Assembly (NCBI RefSeq): GCF_964355755.1 | Contig: NC_092670.1 | Coordinates: forward strand, 13,564,795 to 13,628,794 | Length of the DNA: 64,000 nt | Reading direction: 5' to 3' | DNA from: Antedon mediterranea | Lineage: Eukaryota > Animalia > Echinodermata | Translations under genes and position numbers: made by a program | In this document: one piece after another, positions 24,668 to 39,100 of the stretch | How the letters are laid out: each line of letters opens with the position of its first letter | How positions within the stretch are numbered: the stretch's first letter is position 1 | Notes under the pieces: generated by a model | Seen by the model: only the letters and a program-made list of their open reading frames with translations | Told to the model about the DNA's origin: nothing | Database searches by the model: none

Positions 24668-25455
24668 ACTTACCAAATCAAAGAAGTATCGGTGGCTCTT
24701 CAGACTGTATGATTTCTAAATGTTAAGTGTTGGTTATCTCCCTCTGGGAGACCAGTCTTTGACTGAAGAGGTTACCCAGTATAAATATATATTTCAATTC
24801 AATTCATTCTCCATGTCACGTTTTAACAACAACACAACACTTCATTCACTTAGGTAATATAATGTTCAGTTTGTAAATCGTTAATAAGCATTCAGATTAT
24901 GTATCCTAAATAATTGTTTACTTTACATCAACAAAAATGTAAATAAACAAGACATTTTAAAAAAACAGATTTACCATTTTATCTTATTTAGGCCTTTTGA
25001 ATTATGTAAACTTTTTTTTTCTTAGTAATATCCGTATTGGCTCTTGAATTTCCAAATCTTGAATGTTTTTTAAGATGTTGATACTTCTTAATTTAATCCA
25101 TGGTGCATTATGGTATTACAACAGATCTTGACAAGTTGTTTTTACTTTTATGTTTATCTAAACAATATTACAAAGAACCGGAATTTGTAATCTTACAATT
25201 AAGTGATATTGATTTTTAAAAGTGTTTACTGAAGAGTAAACCACCACCAAACGAAACGCTATTTCAAAAAGTTTGAAGTTTGTCTTTAATAAAAGTACAC
25301 CAATACATATTACCTATTAGCTTATATAAGTCATTTTTAGGATAACTTTATGATTTGTAGTCGCCATTATTCAAATATAACATTCACATGTTCAAATGAC
25401 AGCGAGAAAAGATGAAAGATGTAAATAAAAATCGTTTGTAATGCGTACGGTATCT
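24668..25455 (-). promoter_or_regulatory. Putative non-coding first exon and promoter of gene B
   Basis: Donor GTAAGT at 24673, CCAAT ~25036-25040; paralogous to 16850-17625. Confidence 0.55.
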
Positions 25456-25587
25456 TTTTTTTTTTACATGCATGTACGTTAACATACGATCAGAAAAAGT
25501 TGATGTATGTCATCCTTTTATACGCTAGTGTTGAGTTGAGCCTATTATATGCCATATACAATATGTACAGTATATAATGTAAATCTA

Positions 25588-26735
25588 TATACAGTGTAGC
25601 ATAGGTGAAATTACGGGACACATATCTAGTTCTGATTTTTTGGTATGATGGAATTATCAAAATAAACTTTTTTAAAATTGAAGATGACAATTTCGAAAGA
25701 TAATGAATTGAGCAAATAAATATAAGAATTGGAAGAGAATTTGGCACGTAGAAGCGCCGTGCGCGCTCTTTGAAATTTGTATAACTTTTACGAAAAATAT
25801 GAAAAAAATACTTTTTAAATTCAACTGGCCATATGTTAACGAAATTCAATTAATTGAGCAATGACATACAAAAATTTGAGCGCAAATCGTGCACAAAATA
25901 ACAGAAATGTGTTCTATTGAATGTGATAAAATATGACGAAAGAGAAAAAAAACTTAATTTTAAATTAAAGTGGCCATTTGATGACGTCACAACATTTTGT
26001 ATGTAAAATGTGTACATGAGTTCATATCTACAACTCATTGGCTTCCAGAATAAATGAAAAAAAATTGGGGTCATCGTGCATTCTGAAGAATTATTTTCAT
26101 TTTAAAAATGCTTTATTTTCACCATTTTCAGCACTTTGATGCAATTAATTTGCACATTTTGTCATTTTTAACCTGCTCGTATAGCGTTATTTTAAGTCGG
26201 AACAGACTCAAATTTGGTGAATGTACTAAGGATGGTGAGTAGAATACGATTTGTAAAAAAAATCATATTTCTTACGCATTTTAAGAATTGCGCACGTGAA
26301 AACGCATTTTTGCGCAGTAGTTTTTTGAAACACGCAAATGGCCTAATTCATGCTCTAAATTGATCAAAACTTAATTTGGAGCTTTTTAAATTTTTAACGC
26401 GCAATTTCACGTGCATGACCTTGAAAAATTAAGTTTATATTTGTTAATATTTTTATCCTTCACCTGAAGTTAACGTATAGTGAATTTTATTGATATGTTA
26501 GTGAGTTATGGAGATATGATTGATAGTGTGTATTCACAAAATCGCGTATTAATTACGTCACGGTTAAGTCATCACGCTGAAAAGCTTACTATGGTTAAGT
26601 TAAACTATTTAAAAGACATTGTGAAAAATTTGTGATCATTGACATTTTACACAAAATCTGTACAGAGAGAAATAAAGAATAAAGATTTCATACAATAACA
26701 ATAGGTGATCATTTTATTCTAAATGATCACCTAAT
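25588..26735 (-). mobile_element. Diverged relative of family 1 Helentron-type element, 3'-truncated
   Basis: Reverse-strand matches to the array unit (GTCCCGTAATTTCACCTAT, ATATGGCCAGTT, TGTGACGTCATC, GTTGTAGATAT); 5' hairpin TAGGTGATCATTT/AAATGATCACCTA at 26702-26733 followed by a TTTC-rich tract. Confidence 0.7.
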
Positions 26736-29700
26736 ATTAATATGCAAGTCATTCCGCTTACTATACATTGGTAAATAGTGCGAATGGTTTGTCACTGGAG
26801 ATAGACTATACAACATTAACTGTGCGTGTTTTCTTTGCCTTGGTAGGCCGAGCTTTGTTGCCCCACCCATCTTGTAAATGGGCTCAATAGTTTTCACCTC
26901 AAAAGACTTGGTTGTTTTTAAGATTACATACAGTACGTGTTTACGTGAATCTTGCAGACAAACACATTACATAGCAGTAACTAAAGTTAGTTTCTCTAAT
27001 CTTACCTTATTTCATGTTCGCCGTTGCTTTGATAAACATAGCTTACAGTGACTGGAAGTATTTACTTACACAGCAATTTCGAGATGATTAAAATAACAGT
27101 AAAAAGTTCGGAAAGTATAAAAACAAACATCTTGTATAGTATGACTACAAACTTGATAAATACACTATTTTTACACTACTTTACTTGAGATTACTTGATT
27201 CATTAAATGAAGTGCAGGTTTAAACAGAATGTTAAAAATGGAATTGTTAACGTTAACTTCGTGATTGTTGAGCGCGTATTATACTAGATGATTGTTGTAT
27301 GGAATTGAGTATTTCTGATGCAAATTACCCGTCTACAGGTGTTCACACAGCTGGAGGTCACGCTTTATTATATTCAAATAAGACAGAGAATACAAATAAT
27401 GAATAATTCATGATTCTGCATAGCTTAATTTACAGTAGATGGTCAACAATCATACGGTACTACTCTCTGACTGCCATTTTAAATAATTCCACTTGACGTT
27501 ACGTACTTGGTCGAATACGACAATTTATTACACCAAAGTTAAACTTTTTCTTAAGTATCTTGCCAATATGTTTGTTGATAACCAGAAAGCTAAAGTAGGC
27601 CTACCACTAAATGATAATGAAAACGCAAATATAATAAATAAAACTGTTAAATTTGAAAATAATTATTATATTATAAACCTGATTTATAAATATAAAAAAC
27701 AGTTATCATCTAGTATTATTAAAATTATTCGTGGTAACTAAAATATAAGATATACAGGCATAGCCTAATGTAAAATAATGTGCAAACATTTATGTCGATG
27801 GAAAAAAAGTTTAGAAATGATTTGTTAACGATTACTACTCTACATTCAATTATAAAATTAAATATATATGGTCCATTCAAAGCTAGATACATCGATCTAA
27901 TATTTTTTAACAAAACTAACATTCTTTTCCCCACCTACCCCGATTTATTTTGTATTTAAGACATGACCACATTTGTAAAACAGATTTTATTTTACCTGAT
28001 TGTGTAATCCATGTAGTTAAACATTTGTTTGTTAAATTATCTACTTATAATTTATTATAGCAAATAACTATTATATTATTTTTAAAAGACGAATAATACA
28101 TTACTTTTATTACGAATACTTAAGCTATATATAAATTATTCGCACGGTATTAAACATCATACAGAAAGCCCCTAAACTCTAATACTGTACATCTTAGATT
28201 ATTCTAATGTTTTGGTCAAATAAAACAAATCTATAACTAACAAAACTATTTACCCACCGAATAACTAGTTTTAAACACACCCGTCATTTCCAGCTGTTGG
28301 ATACTGTTTTCAAACAAGACAATTTAAGACTTTCAATAAAAATGTAGAAAAGAATTTAGTAAACATAAACCCATTGAACCTAAACACACAGCATTCCCAA
28401 CTGTATTACGATACATTCTGTTTATACAATTGATATTTCACATGTTTTTTTACAGAAAACTCCCAACTTGGCAACTTGGTAAATTTGTCTAAACATTCAT
28501 GGAAACAGACCTTAATAAATGTTCAGTCATTCAATAAATATATATAGTGTAAACACACATTTACCGTTAACTCAGCTAAATTACGGATACTTTAGCTCTT
28601 TTCAGACTGTTCATAAGCCTATTGCACAATTTAAAGAAAACTGTAAATACTGTATATAATTTAAATTGTTTGGTCAAAATGACCATCACAAAGTTGGACA
28701 AGTGTTCACCCGTTCAATAATGTAGGGCCTACATTATAAATTAATTGTAGCAAAAAAACAACTTTTCTTATACCATCATACAACATTAATAAACCGAAAG
28801 TCTATCAAATTATTTCAACTAAGACTGATCTATCTACATGGAATGAAAATACTATGGCTATGATACATTCGTACGATTTATAAGTAGGCCTATACGGTCC
28901 GGCAATTCATGAGAACGTCTCCAATAAGAAAGACTATAAACATCTTATATAAATAACACAAACTTAATTATAATGTGTATTAGATTATAGATGGACAATC
29001 TACGTATAATTCGTCTGTACAATATTTATATAATAGGCCTATACAATATAATATTAATGGTTTGCCAATAAAAATAATTTACATTTTTACAATTCGATTT
29101 TAGGCTATAATATTATATACATTATATACAACTGTAAACAAATGTGTTTTTAACACTATTGAGTGAAAATGTATATGTTTGATTCGTTTCAACACTATAA
29201 GTACACCAGTAACAGTAACATTTTTATCATACACAATAATAACTATAATTTGACAGATATTATCATAGATTCTGGCAAATCTATACACACATTCACATTG
29301 TACACTCCTCCCATTTTCCACTAGACTGCACCGCAATGACGTAGACATAACGTAAAGGAGTTGACCAATGATAAGCGACAGTTTATAGATCTTATCGATA
29401 CATAATAATCATAATTATAAAAGGATAATTTACCAGCGGTATTATATGTAATAGTATCATTAAAATAATCTGTTTTTGTCTATTTCAAGTAAATTTAACA
29501 AATCAAGGAATCAATATTATAATATGTTCAATTTGTCAATATTCACTAGGCCTAATTTAAACTTTTAAAAACAGGCGCGGTAAACACAGCAGCAGTGGTA
29601 TTGTATTATCCATAGTTTGAATTAAACGTTGAATGGCATCGATCAACGTATATCATAATAAGAGCTGCCTGGCAGAATTAAAAGCCGTAAAAAAAAATTT

Positions 29701-29798
29701 GTTGGTAGCGATCAGCCTTTTTAAAAGCACCAATTCGATACAAAATATAACGGTCTTCAAAACAATACAAATTATACAAAATAATGTAACATCTGTTT

Positions 29799-30191
29799 TT
29801 ACACAGCGGTGTCAATCTGCACGTCACAATACCCACTATCCAATCGCGTTGAATGCGCAGTTTTAAAGTCATTTTCCCGTTCAATCTCAACTGAATTTAG
29901 TAAATTTCCATCAATAAGTGGTGTATCAACGTCAGACTGCTTCTCAATCTTTGTATTGCTATTAGCATCAGTAAGTAGGCGTCCATTACCAAGAGGAGGT
30001 GAGTTTTCAATCGAGCCGTTCGGTCGGTTGTTATCTTGCAAAAATGCGTCCCTTCGACGACTATTTTGCGGCGTTGTGTTTGAGCATTCCGTCATAGATG
30101 TGTGTGTTAATGTACTATTACGTGTATATTTACGCTTGGATTTACGATTGACCGTATAGTTGAACCATCTTCGTATTATTTGTGTTTTAAC
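29799..30191 (-). CDS. GPCR exon 12 (helix 8 and cytoplasmic tail)
   Basis: VKTQIIRRWFNY...CDVQIDTAV*; 393 nt, phase 0 acceptor TGTTTAG. Confidence 0.92.
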   Translation of the reverse strand, partial: VKTQIIRRWFNYTVNRKSKRKYTRNSTLTHTSMTECSNTTPQNSRRRDAFLQDNNRPNGSIENSPPLGNGRLLTDANSNTKIEKQSDVDTPLIDGNLLNSVEIERENDFKTAHSTRLDSGYCDVQIDTAV

Positions 30192-33100
30192 CTAAACAGG
30201 AATACAATAAGAACAAAAAGAAAAGTCATGGACATGTTTATTAAGTATTGATGATGATGAAAATCCTCAATGCAGACTTGAAGATGTATGGAGGAGTTGG
30301 TTGATTTTAGCATTATGCGATGATTACAATAACTAATTAGTTATTATTATGTAGCACTAGATCATTGCTTGTGGCAAATTTTAACTTGGTTCCCACTAGA
30401 GACGGAACGCAAAGACGCAAGTGCAACGGAAGTAACTTCATCAATCATAGCGATGAATTATTTAAACGTTCGCTTGTCATTGGCCAACTGGATTGCATTG
30501 CGTTTAGGTCCATGCGTTGCATCTCTAGTGTGGGAACCATGGTTTATATATTACACTTTCCAATGACATGCTTCTTCACTAATGGTAACATCATGTTAAT
30601 GCAGTCAATTTAGGCCCTCCCCACGACATCAGTTATACATTCATTAAACAAATTAATTGGTTTCTTGGTTAGGAAACACTAAAACTGATTAATACTACAA
30701 ATTATTGCAAAATATAATGGATGGTAACATTGTTAAAAAGGATGGAAGGATAAAAAAACATCACCAATGGAATGCATGTAATAAACATATGAAAATTATA
30801 TAAAGAATTTTATATGAAAAATGTACAAAATGAAAACCAAACACATGTTAATAATCCGAAAACCAAAATTAAATGTATCGAAGTTTTTAAGATGAATGTA
30901 ATAGGTAATTGTAATCAAAATAAAATGAAATGAGTAATAACTTAAAATAAAGATATTAGTAGGTATTTATCACCTGGTTACCGTATACCAAGAAAATGGA
31001 TCATGTGATATTGTATTTTTAGGCGTGTTAAACGATGCGAGGGGAACGCGTCGCAAGAAAGTATCGGTAACTCCTTAGTAACGCATCATTTACCTCAGCG
31101 TTGAAGAAACAGAATATGCAGGCAACGAAGAACCCCTAGAAAAAAAAAATATATATATATTTATAGAACTAATCGTTATTACATTTCTATCACTGATATT
31201 ATGATCTTTAAACATAATTGTCCCCTAAAAACATGGACAATGAAGGTTAATAAAATCAGACTTTGAATGGCCATTGTGTAGTTTAACAATTAGGCCTAAT
31301 CACTTCCATAGAGAAAAACCCGGGGAAATAATATTTTCACAAACAAAAAGAATGGCAATTAATGTTGAAATCGGAAAATTTCCTGTGAAAAGAATAAGGA
31401 AACATGTTGATATATAAAGATTGCAGTGCTACGGTTGTAGTTTGGAAATGTTAACCTTTTCTACGCTTCGATCAATATGACTCGATGGTATACAACAAAC
31501 TTTATATGTTAATTTTCGCTGTTGGGTATCAAAATTGTCCTCTTAAAAGTAAGTATGCGTAAAGTAAAAATATTAGCTCGTTACTTGGAATGATAAGCAG
31601 ATCGCCATGAAATAAGCGTAAAAATCGTCAGATAATACACGCATCGGAACGATAATGTAGTGTAAACCAAGCAGAGGTACCAGAATCAATGTTGCACGTG
31701 CAGCTCTCCTGTTGATGTAAAAACAACAATGTTTTAGGTCAATTGTTATTTATAACAAAATCATCATAGTAGAATAAATATTATTAGATGAAAAGATGTA
31801 TAAAATGTCTGACACATAACTAACCGTTATTAAACATTAATTCAACCAACTGGTAGTTTAAAAATTTAGCGCCCTCTGTAGGGCGCTAAATTATTTACTT
31901 AATCATTATTTTACTTAACGAGATGTTGACATGGCGGGTTTTACGAAAGAGCGATAGTGGGCGTATGACTCAAAATAATAATGTAAGCGATACAAGATAG
32001 CATGTCCCAAGTGGGGGAGCATTTTTTACCTGTAGCTAGAGTTGGCACTGGTGTGTGTACTCTGGAGCTTAGATATAAGCACTCTTAGAATGTTCAAAAG
32101 CATTAGGAAGTTTATCTAAATACAAATAAATAAAAAAGTAAATAATAAATATGTATCTTTGTTATACATCATCAACGCTCTCTTTTTTTGGTTTGTACTC
32201 TATCTTCTCCTAAAACATTACACCGGCACTCACACGTTGTGTTTGAAACCAATATTTGATTTTCTGTAATGTTTAAGCTATTTTTTCACAAAAATAAAAG
32301 TTTGTAAAGGTCCATCAATGATTGGGAATGTTTTAAACGTTGGCACACTATTGAAGGACACTTGTTTTTTTCCAGCTATGAATATACATTCATAGTGTTA
32401 CTCTATCTGTATATTGCTGTCACTTTTCAATCAATAAATCAATCAATTATATTTTTAATATTTAAAAAAGAAGACTTTAAAGAATATATAAAAGTTAGAT
32501 GACATAATGTCATTCCCAACGCAATTGGTAGGCCTATAATATGAATGAGTTGAGAGTTAAGAAGTCAACTTGGTGAGGCCTTCACATTGCGGGTTGAAAA
32601 TGCAACATGCTGATGATGTTGTTGATAATAATGGTGACTACAGTATATACTATATACGTTGTAATATAAAATAATATAGTATTGTTGGAAAATAAGGTTA
32701 ATGTTTAAGTCGTGCTTGCAAACTTAATTGGGAGCTTTCGTAACAAGAGCTCCCTAATAATAAGCATACTTACTACGAGGACGGCAATTATTGGTGCGGC
32801 AGTAATCCATTCAAGTGGTGAGTCATTAAGCCAACATACGTCACTAAATATGAATAAGGATATTATTAGTATTATAACATAGCACGACGATACAACATAC
32901 ACTAACATTGTTAATAATTCAGGTTGCTTATGATTAGGATATAACCGTACCATGTGTTCAGCTCTCTACTACAGAATTAACTTTGTTTAAAGACAATTTC
33001 TAAGATTCAAACTTGTAAAAACAATCTTACATAATATGATAATCAATTTTACATTTTTTAAATTATTTTTTTAGCCATTTCTATCTTGTTCTTTTTATTT

Positions 33101-36100
33101 TGAACGCTTTTTGTATACCCCATTTATGTTTTTTTTTTATTGTATTGTTGTATCGTGTGGACGTGTCTGATATATAACACACATACACAACCAAAACAAC
33201 CGGTACCGCTTCATCCGTATTAATACTGCTTTATTCGTTAACATAACAATATATTGACAGTGATATGGTACTTAGTGTGTGAAACGGATAAAGTAGTAGG
33301 TCTACCGTTAACCATGATAATGAATAATATACAAATGTATATGAGTGTAGGGATGGTACAAATAATAGCACGAGGTGAATGATGAAAGGTTATTTAAACG
33401 AGGAGAAGCCGAGTTGAGATATAACTTTTAATCATTCACCAAATGTCATTATTTGTACCATTACACGAATATAAAACATTCATTATTTGTTTTATATAAC
33501 ATCTAAATAGATTTCTGTCATTTGAATCAAATAAAAGGTAGGCCGAGCCTAGGGCCTACATTTGATTCACATCGATTAAAACAGTAACATTGGTTTTTAA
33601 TAATATATTAAATATTATATTTATATAGATTTTATAAAAACACCTACTGTAGTGTTAATTGTGTCAACAAAAGAACAAACAATCCAAGGCTTAGCAAGGC
33701 TAAAACGCCTAGGCCTACCCTAATACTAACATACAGGCAACTGGAATTCATCTAGGTTAATTATGTTTTTACAATGATTCCACGTCTTGAAATGTTTCCA
33801 TTAAATTAATAAAAAATCCTCCAAAACGATCTGAAGCTAATTTAAATGCGTTTTTAATCTAAATTAGTACAATATATCTTTCCAAAAATGTACTTCTATC
33901 GCGCAAAACAAGTCAGAACATTCAATTCAAAGTACAAAATAGGTGGCGCCGTTGTATTCCAAAAGAAAGAGTATAAAAAGTACGAAAAAAGCACTATTAA
34001 ACGATCCCTTAACAGTGCGTACTATTGTACGCCATGTTACCAACAATCGTCCAATTAAATGACAGGAATTTATTTAGGTGTTGTATAGTACGTAGGTATT
34101 ACATATGTTACCTTTGAAAGTTGTTTACAGTATCAGTTACATAAGCATTTAAAGTGATATACATGTATGTCTTAAATGTTCAAATGATCAATCGATCGGA
34201 TAAGATAATCCGCAGGATTATATCCATATAACGAGGATATAAATGACACAAACAACATTTAAATGTGACGATTAGCGTTTACTGGAAAGTTGTCACATGC
34301 TATTCGAATATCATATACATAATCATTTATTTTAAGCTGCCCTGGATTAGGTAACCAAAATAATATATGATACAATTGATCTCAATCAATGAGTCTTTGA
34401 ATTATATCTGTCCGTTTACTGACACCGTTCAGGGTCAATGGCTTACACATGTGATGTAATAATACGTAATGATTGCACAAATGTATATAAGTGCTACTTA
34501 CTTTTCATTAGTAAGAAGCGACTTGCATATCGCACTGATTATTATAAACAGCAATGGTATAACTGCAAATAGAAATACATATTACAGTATCACTGTATCT
34601 TTTAACTAACGATAATCGATTGATTTTAATAATAAGTAAGGATGAGGTGAATCATTTTTTTCTAAGTATACAAACTTATAAAGTACATGTTTACATTTCT
34701 GTCAACTGTGTAGTTCTCGTCACAAACAACATAATCTATCAATGTTGGCTAAATCATGGACCTCTATTTCACGTTTTAAAATATTATTATAGATTCCCAT
34801 ATAACATGGTGTGAATTATGTGTTGAGTACGAGTTATAACAAGGCAATCTAACAACATGATTCGGAGCTCCGGAGATCAAAGGGTTTATCTGTGACTGCG
34901 ACACGATATTTCCCGCCAATTATCAGACACCGCACGCCCAGGAGAATATGTACAGTAAGCCTATTATTAATATTTGTTGCAGATAGACATAAGATCAAAG
35001 AACTGTACGAGTTACAATATTGACAAGGCGAGCTCAGTGTCTTGATTGCCTTGGTTATAATGATGTTGAACGAAGCAGAGTCATTTGATAAAGGAGTTAT
35101 GGAATATTTTATTAATATCGATATGCTGATATTTTTTTTGGAATTGCTGTCTTAAAACTATTCTCTGTCCTTACCCCATCCGACAACATAGTACCACAAG
35201 AGTGTATTCTGGGTTGACATAACTGCTACCACGACGACTAAATGAAGATAAATGCCTTCACATAGCATCCAGAAGTAGCCACACACTTGGAAGTATAGCC
35301 AGAGCATTAACATGAACTTGCATTCTAACTATCGAAGTAAAATAATAAAAACATCGATATTATTTAATTTCTTAACACACTTTTATTGTATCCTTGTCAT
35401 TTGATTGGTTGATTTAGTATCACGTGTCGTGTATTATGTGTATACATCCTCGTTCACCAGCTCTTCTGTGCGAGACGCGCCAGGCTTGTGAACATAGTGC
35501 GATGTAAAACCAATCTGTCTAGTGCTCTACCATACGGCCAAATCCCATAACCGCAATCTTAATAGGCCTAGCTTTCAATATTCGGTTCAAGATTAATTGA
35601 AAGTAAGTTTACTGAAATAAAGATATATCTAAATGTTCCTGTACATTCGTAAAAAAAAAACAGATTGATGTTTAAATAATTTACAATAATAATTAACATT
35701 TTCAATCATTATTTAAAATTTGTAATCATATCGAATACTTTTATGAACTATACTTACTCCGTTTCTAGTCAAAACCTCTTTATTTCCCAAGAAGGCTCCC
35801 AGCAATATTAAATAAATAATACCATGCAGAATGAAGGCTAAAAAAAGATTCTTGTGCATTGTTACTCGAGGGCATGCGAGGCTCCTGAAAGTAATCAAAA
35901 TAATGATGTTATATACTGCCCTCTATTTCTTATTCAAAATGTACGTTCCTCATTGAAAACGTGCTAATTATTAAAACACCTTCGGATACATTAAATTATA
36001 TCAGACGACAGCGTTAAAAGAATAAGAAACATTCAATGATAGTTTAGAACCTGGAATTAAAAACCAACTGTTTAAATAACACTAAAATTCCAATGTGGAG

Positions 36101-39100
36101 TTAATTTGAAGAGAACGTCATTAAAATGATTATGACCGGCAGATAAATTCCCCTTTACCATTTTTTTGTTGTTGTATGAAATCTTCCTGCAACTATATAT
36201 TGACAGAAGACCCATCAATGTTTATATCATGCTCAATAATTCTCTTAAAGTTTTGCAACCTTTCCAAAATACTTTTCAATCATAAAATTTGATGGGCTTA
36301 ATACATTGTATGTTTGTGTTTAATATTTTAAGCCACATAGTCTGCTTGACGCTGTAATAATTAGAAGCAGTGAAGAAACGTTGAGCCCGTAGACAAACCT
36401 CTAGCAATATTGTCCAGTAATTAGTATTGAAAAATCAACAATACGACTTAAAAAAGGTGAATGTAACACACATACGTCTAATGCGTTTTTTGATTGTGAT
36501 GTATACGTTTTACAGTAATATGACAAGTAAAGTGTGAGGTTTAGGGTGACAATACGGAGCACAAGCCGATATTAGTAGGATAATGAATGAGTTTGGAACA
36601 GTAACGATTATGTGTTAAATAATGAACAAGAAATAAGATTAGCAATTTATGTAGTACTGTAATTGATTGATTCATTGGCGACGCGACCATTCGTTTAAAC
36701 GATGCGCCATATAGACAACGCAGCTTCTATCGATTATTATTATAACAACAGTCATTCTGCGCATTATCATTATGTTTCTGAACATGGGTGTAATGGCTGT
36801 TTTACTTTATAGCTGCGTATAGTCGTCTGGCGCGCGGTGGCAACGAAAGGTCGCTATCGTCAGTACAGCCAGCACAAGAGAATTGATCTCAATATAATAA
36901 TGACAGACATGTATGCAAAAGGAACTCATGTTATAATGTTTACAAGAAAGCGCCCCCAATATTTCTACTCTATGTATGAGCGAGGCATTAAATGCCGCAA
37001 ATGTGCCGTATAATCATGAATCTTATAGTTAAACTATTATATCTTGCCAATGGAATTAGTAGAGACACTTACTTGAAATAGCAGAATATGAATAAAGCTA
37101 TACAGCACGACAATACAGATAAGCTATATCCAACGTAGTAGACATATATATATCCCTTTAGTGGAGGCTGTGAAATGTGTATAAAAACAATTCATTAGCA
37201 AAAAAAAAATAGAAAGCAAACATGAGCGCCAACACTGATAACTTAACAAAATCATCCGATATAAATAAAATTGTATTTTAAACATTTAGGAAATGTTTCT
37301 GGTGATTCAAATCAATAGTACTTATGAATACTGGTATTTTTTTGGTAGAAAAATATAGACATGATTAAATACTAACATTATGCTTACCTGCACCCATGAA
37401 TTTATATTATGGTACGTTAGCAAATGACAAACCACTCGAGAAAATCTAGAAACTGGTTTTTTTTTTGCATTATAAACATTAAAAGCAAAAATGGAAAATC
37501 TGAGGGAATTAAAATGTATAGGCCTAACGGTTAATTTCAAATGGTTTTAAAGTGGGCTATAACTATAAAGGCCAATTGACACAGACAAGCGGTAACGGTA
37601 AATGCACATAGAGAATTTTCCGAAGCATATAGGAAAATAGTTTTGTGTCACTTAGCAGACAGGTATCTATATATAAATTTACGTAAGGGCAAAATTCGGT
37701 AAATCGCGCCTTACTTCTAGAATGTTTACTCGATGGTATATAAAGTTGGTTCGTACTTTCGATACTGATTTTAACCACCTGATGTAACCCTGTTTACTAA
37801 TTAAATGGAGTTCGATAATTAGTTATTGACAATTAAAACGAATTTAGGTTCAAAGATTTTCCCCAAATAGGGGTGTTTTCCGATCGTGGTATACACTGTC
37901 CAATGCATGTCTATCTTGAAAAATACCCGCATACAATAATACGAGGATGCTTCGCATTTTCCTATCTCCTCCTACGATAATTGTTTTTAATGGCTGAAAA
38001 CCGGTTGAAAAGCTCGAGTACAGCATCATAATGTTGAAGACAGACCTATTTTCTTAAAAACATACTATTTTGATAGATTTAATATACATTTAAACAAATG
38101 TATTGATTTCCGATGAATGGAACATTTCAATAATAACTCTTTGCTTTAACGCAAGTACCACCAGCTGTAGGTAAATTTATTGGCCCTTGGGGAATTAACC
38201 TAAAACCTATATATAGATATAGTATTGCAATACTTGGACATTACTGTAAATAAAATACGTATTAACATTGTGGTCGCCATTGAATTTACCGTGAGTGTGG
38301 GTACTGTTAGATGTATAACACAATCATGTACAAATAAACGTATTACTGTGAGTGTGAGTAGGCCCTACTGTTATATAGAACGTACAATATACAAATAAAC
38401 TGTAGTACTGACAGTTGCTTCTCAACGTTTGTATTAATTTACAAAGAATATAAACGCTGTAGTGGTACGTGTATCGTTACATGTACTATGCTATTTCAAT
38501 CGACTATGACAGTGACAGTTTTAACAAAGTATTAAATCGCAAATGTGTTACTGTATCAAGTGGTATATTATTTATAGGCCTGTGAGTAGGCCATACTGTT
38601 ATATAAAACGTACAATATACAAATAAACTGTACTACTGACAGTTGCTTCTCAACGTTTGTATTAAATAATAATTACAAAGAATATAAACGTTGTAGTGGT
38701 ACGTGTATCGTTACATGTACATGCTATTTCAATGGACTATAACAGTGACAGTTTTAACAAAGTATTAAATCGCAAATGTGTTACTCTATCAAGTGATATA
38801 TTATTGATAGGCATATAAAATATGAAAAACATATTTCGTAACTGAGTAGATAAAGAATATATTTAAAAATTGTTCTTCTTTGCACCCATATCCTCTTCCC
38901 CATCCCTCAACCCTATAAAACATGAAAAACATATTTCGTAACTGAGAAGATAAAGAATATATTTAAAAGTTGTTCTTCTTTGCACCCATATCCTCTTCCC
39001 CATCCCTCAACCCTAAACACAAATTAAGTTTTCAAATAAAAAATTTGGACTAATTTTGTGACAAGTTTCTCTTTCGGAAGTAATTCCCAGGGTGCTAATT

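Noticed and set aside
29633-30159. Plus-strand ORFs 29633-29866 and 29809-30159
   Set aside because: Antisense shadows of the GPCR last exon and 3' UTR.
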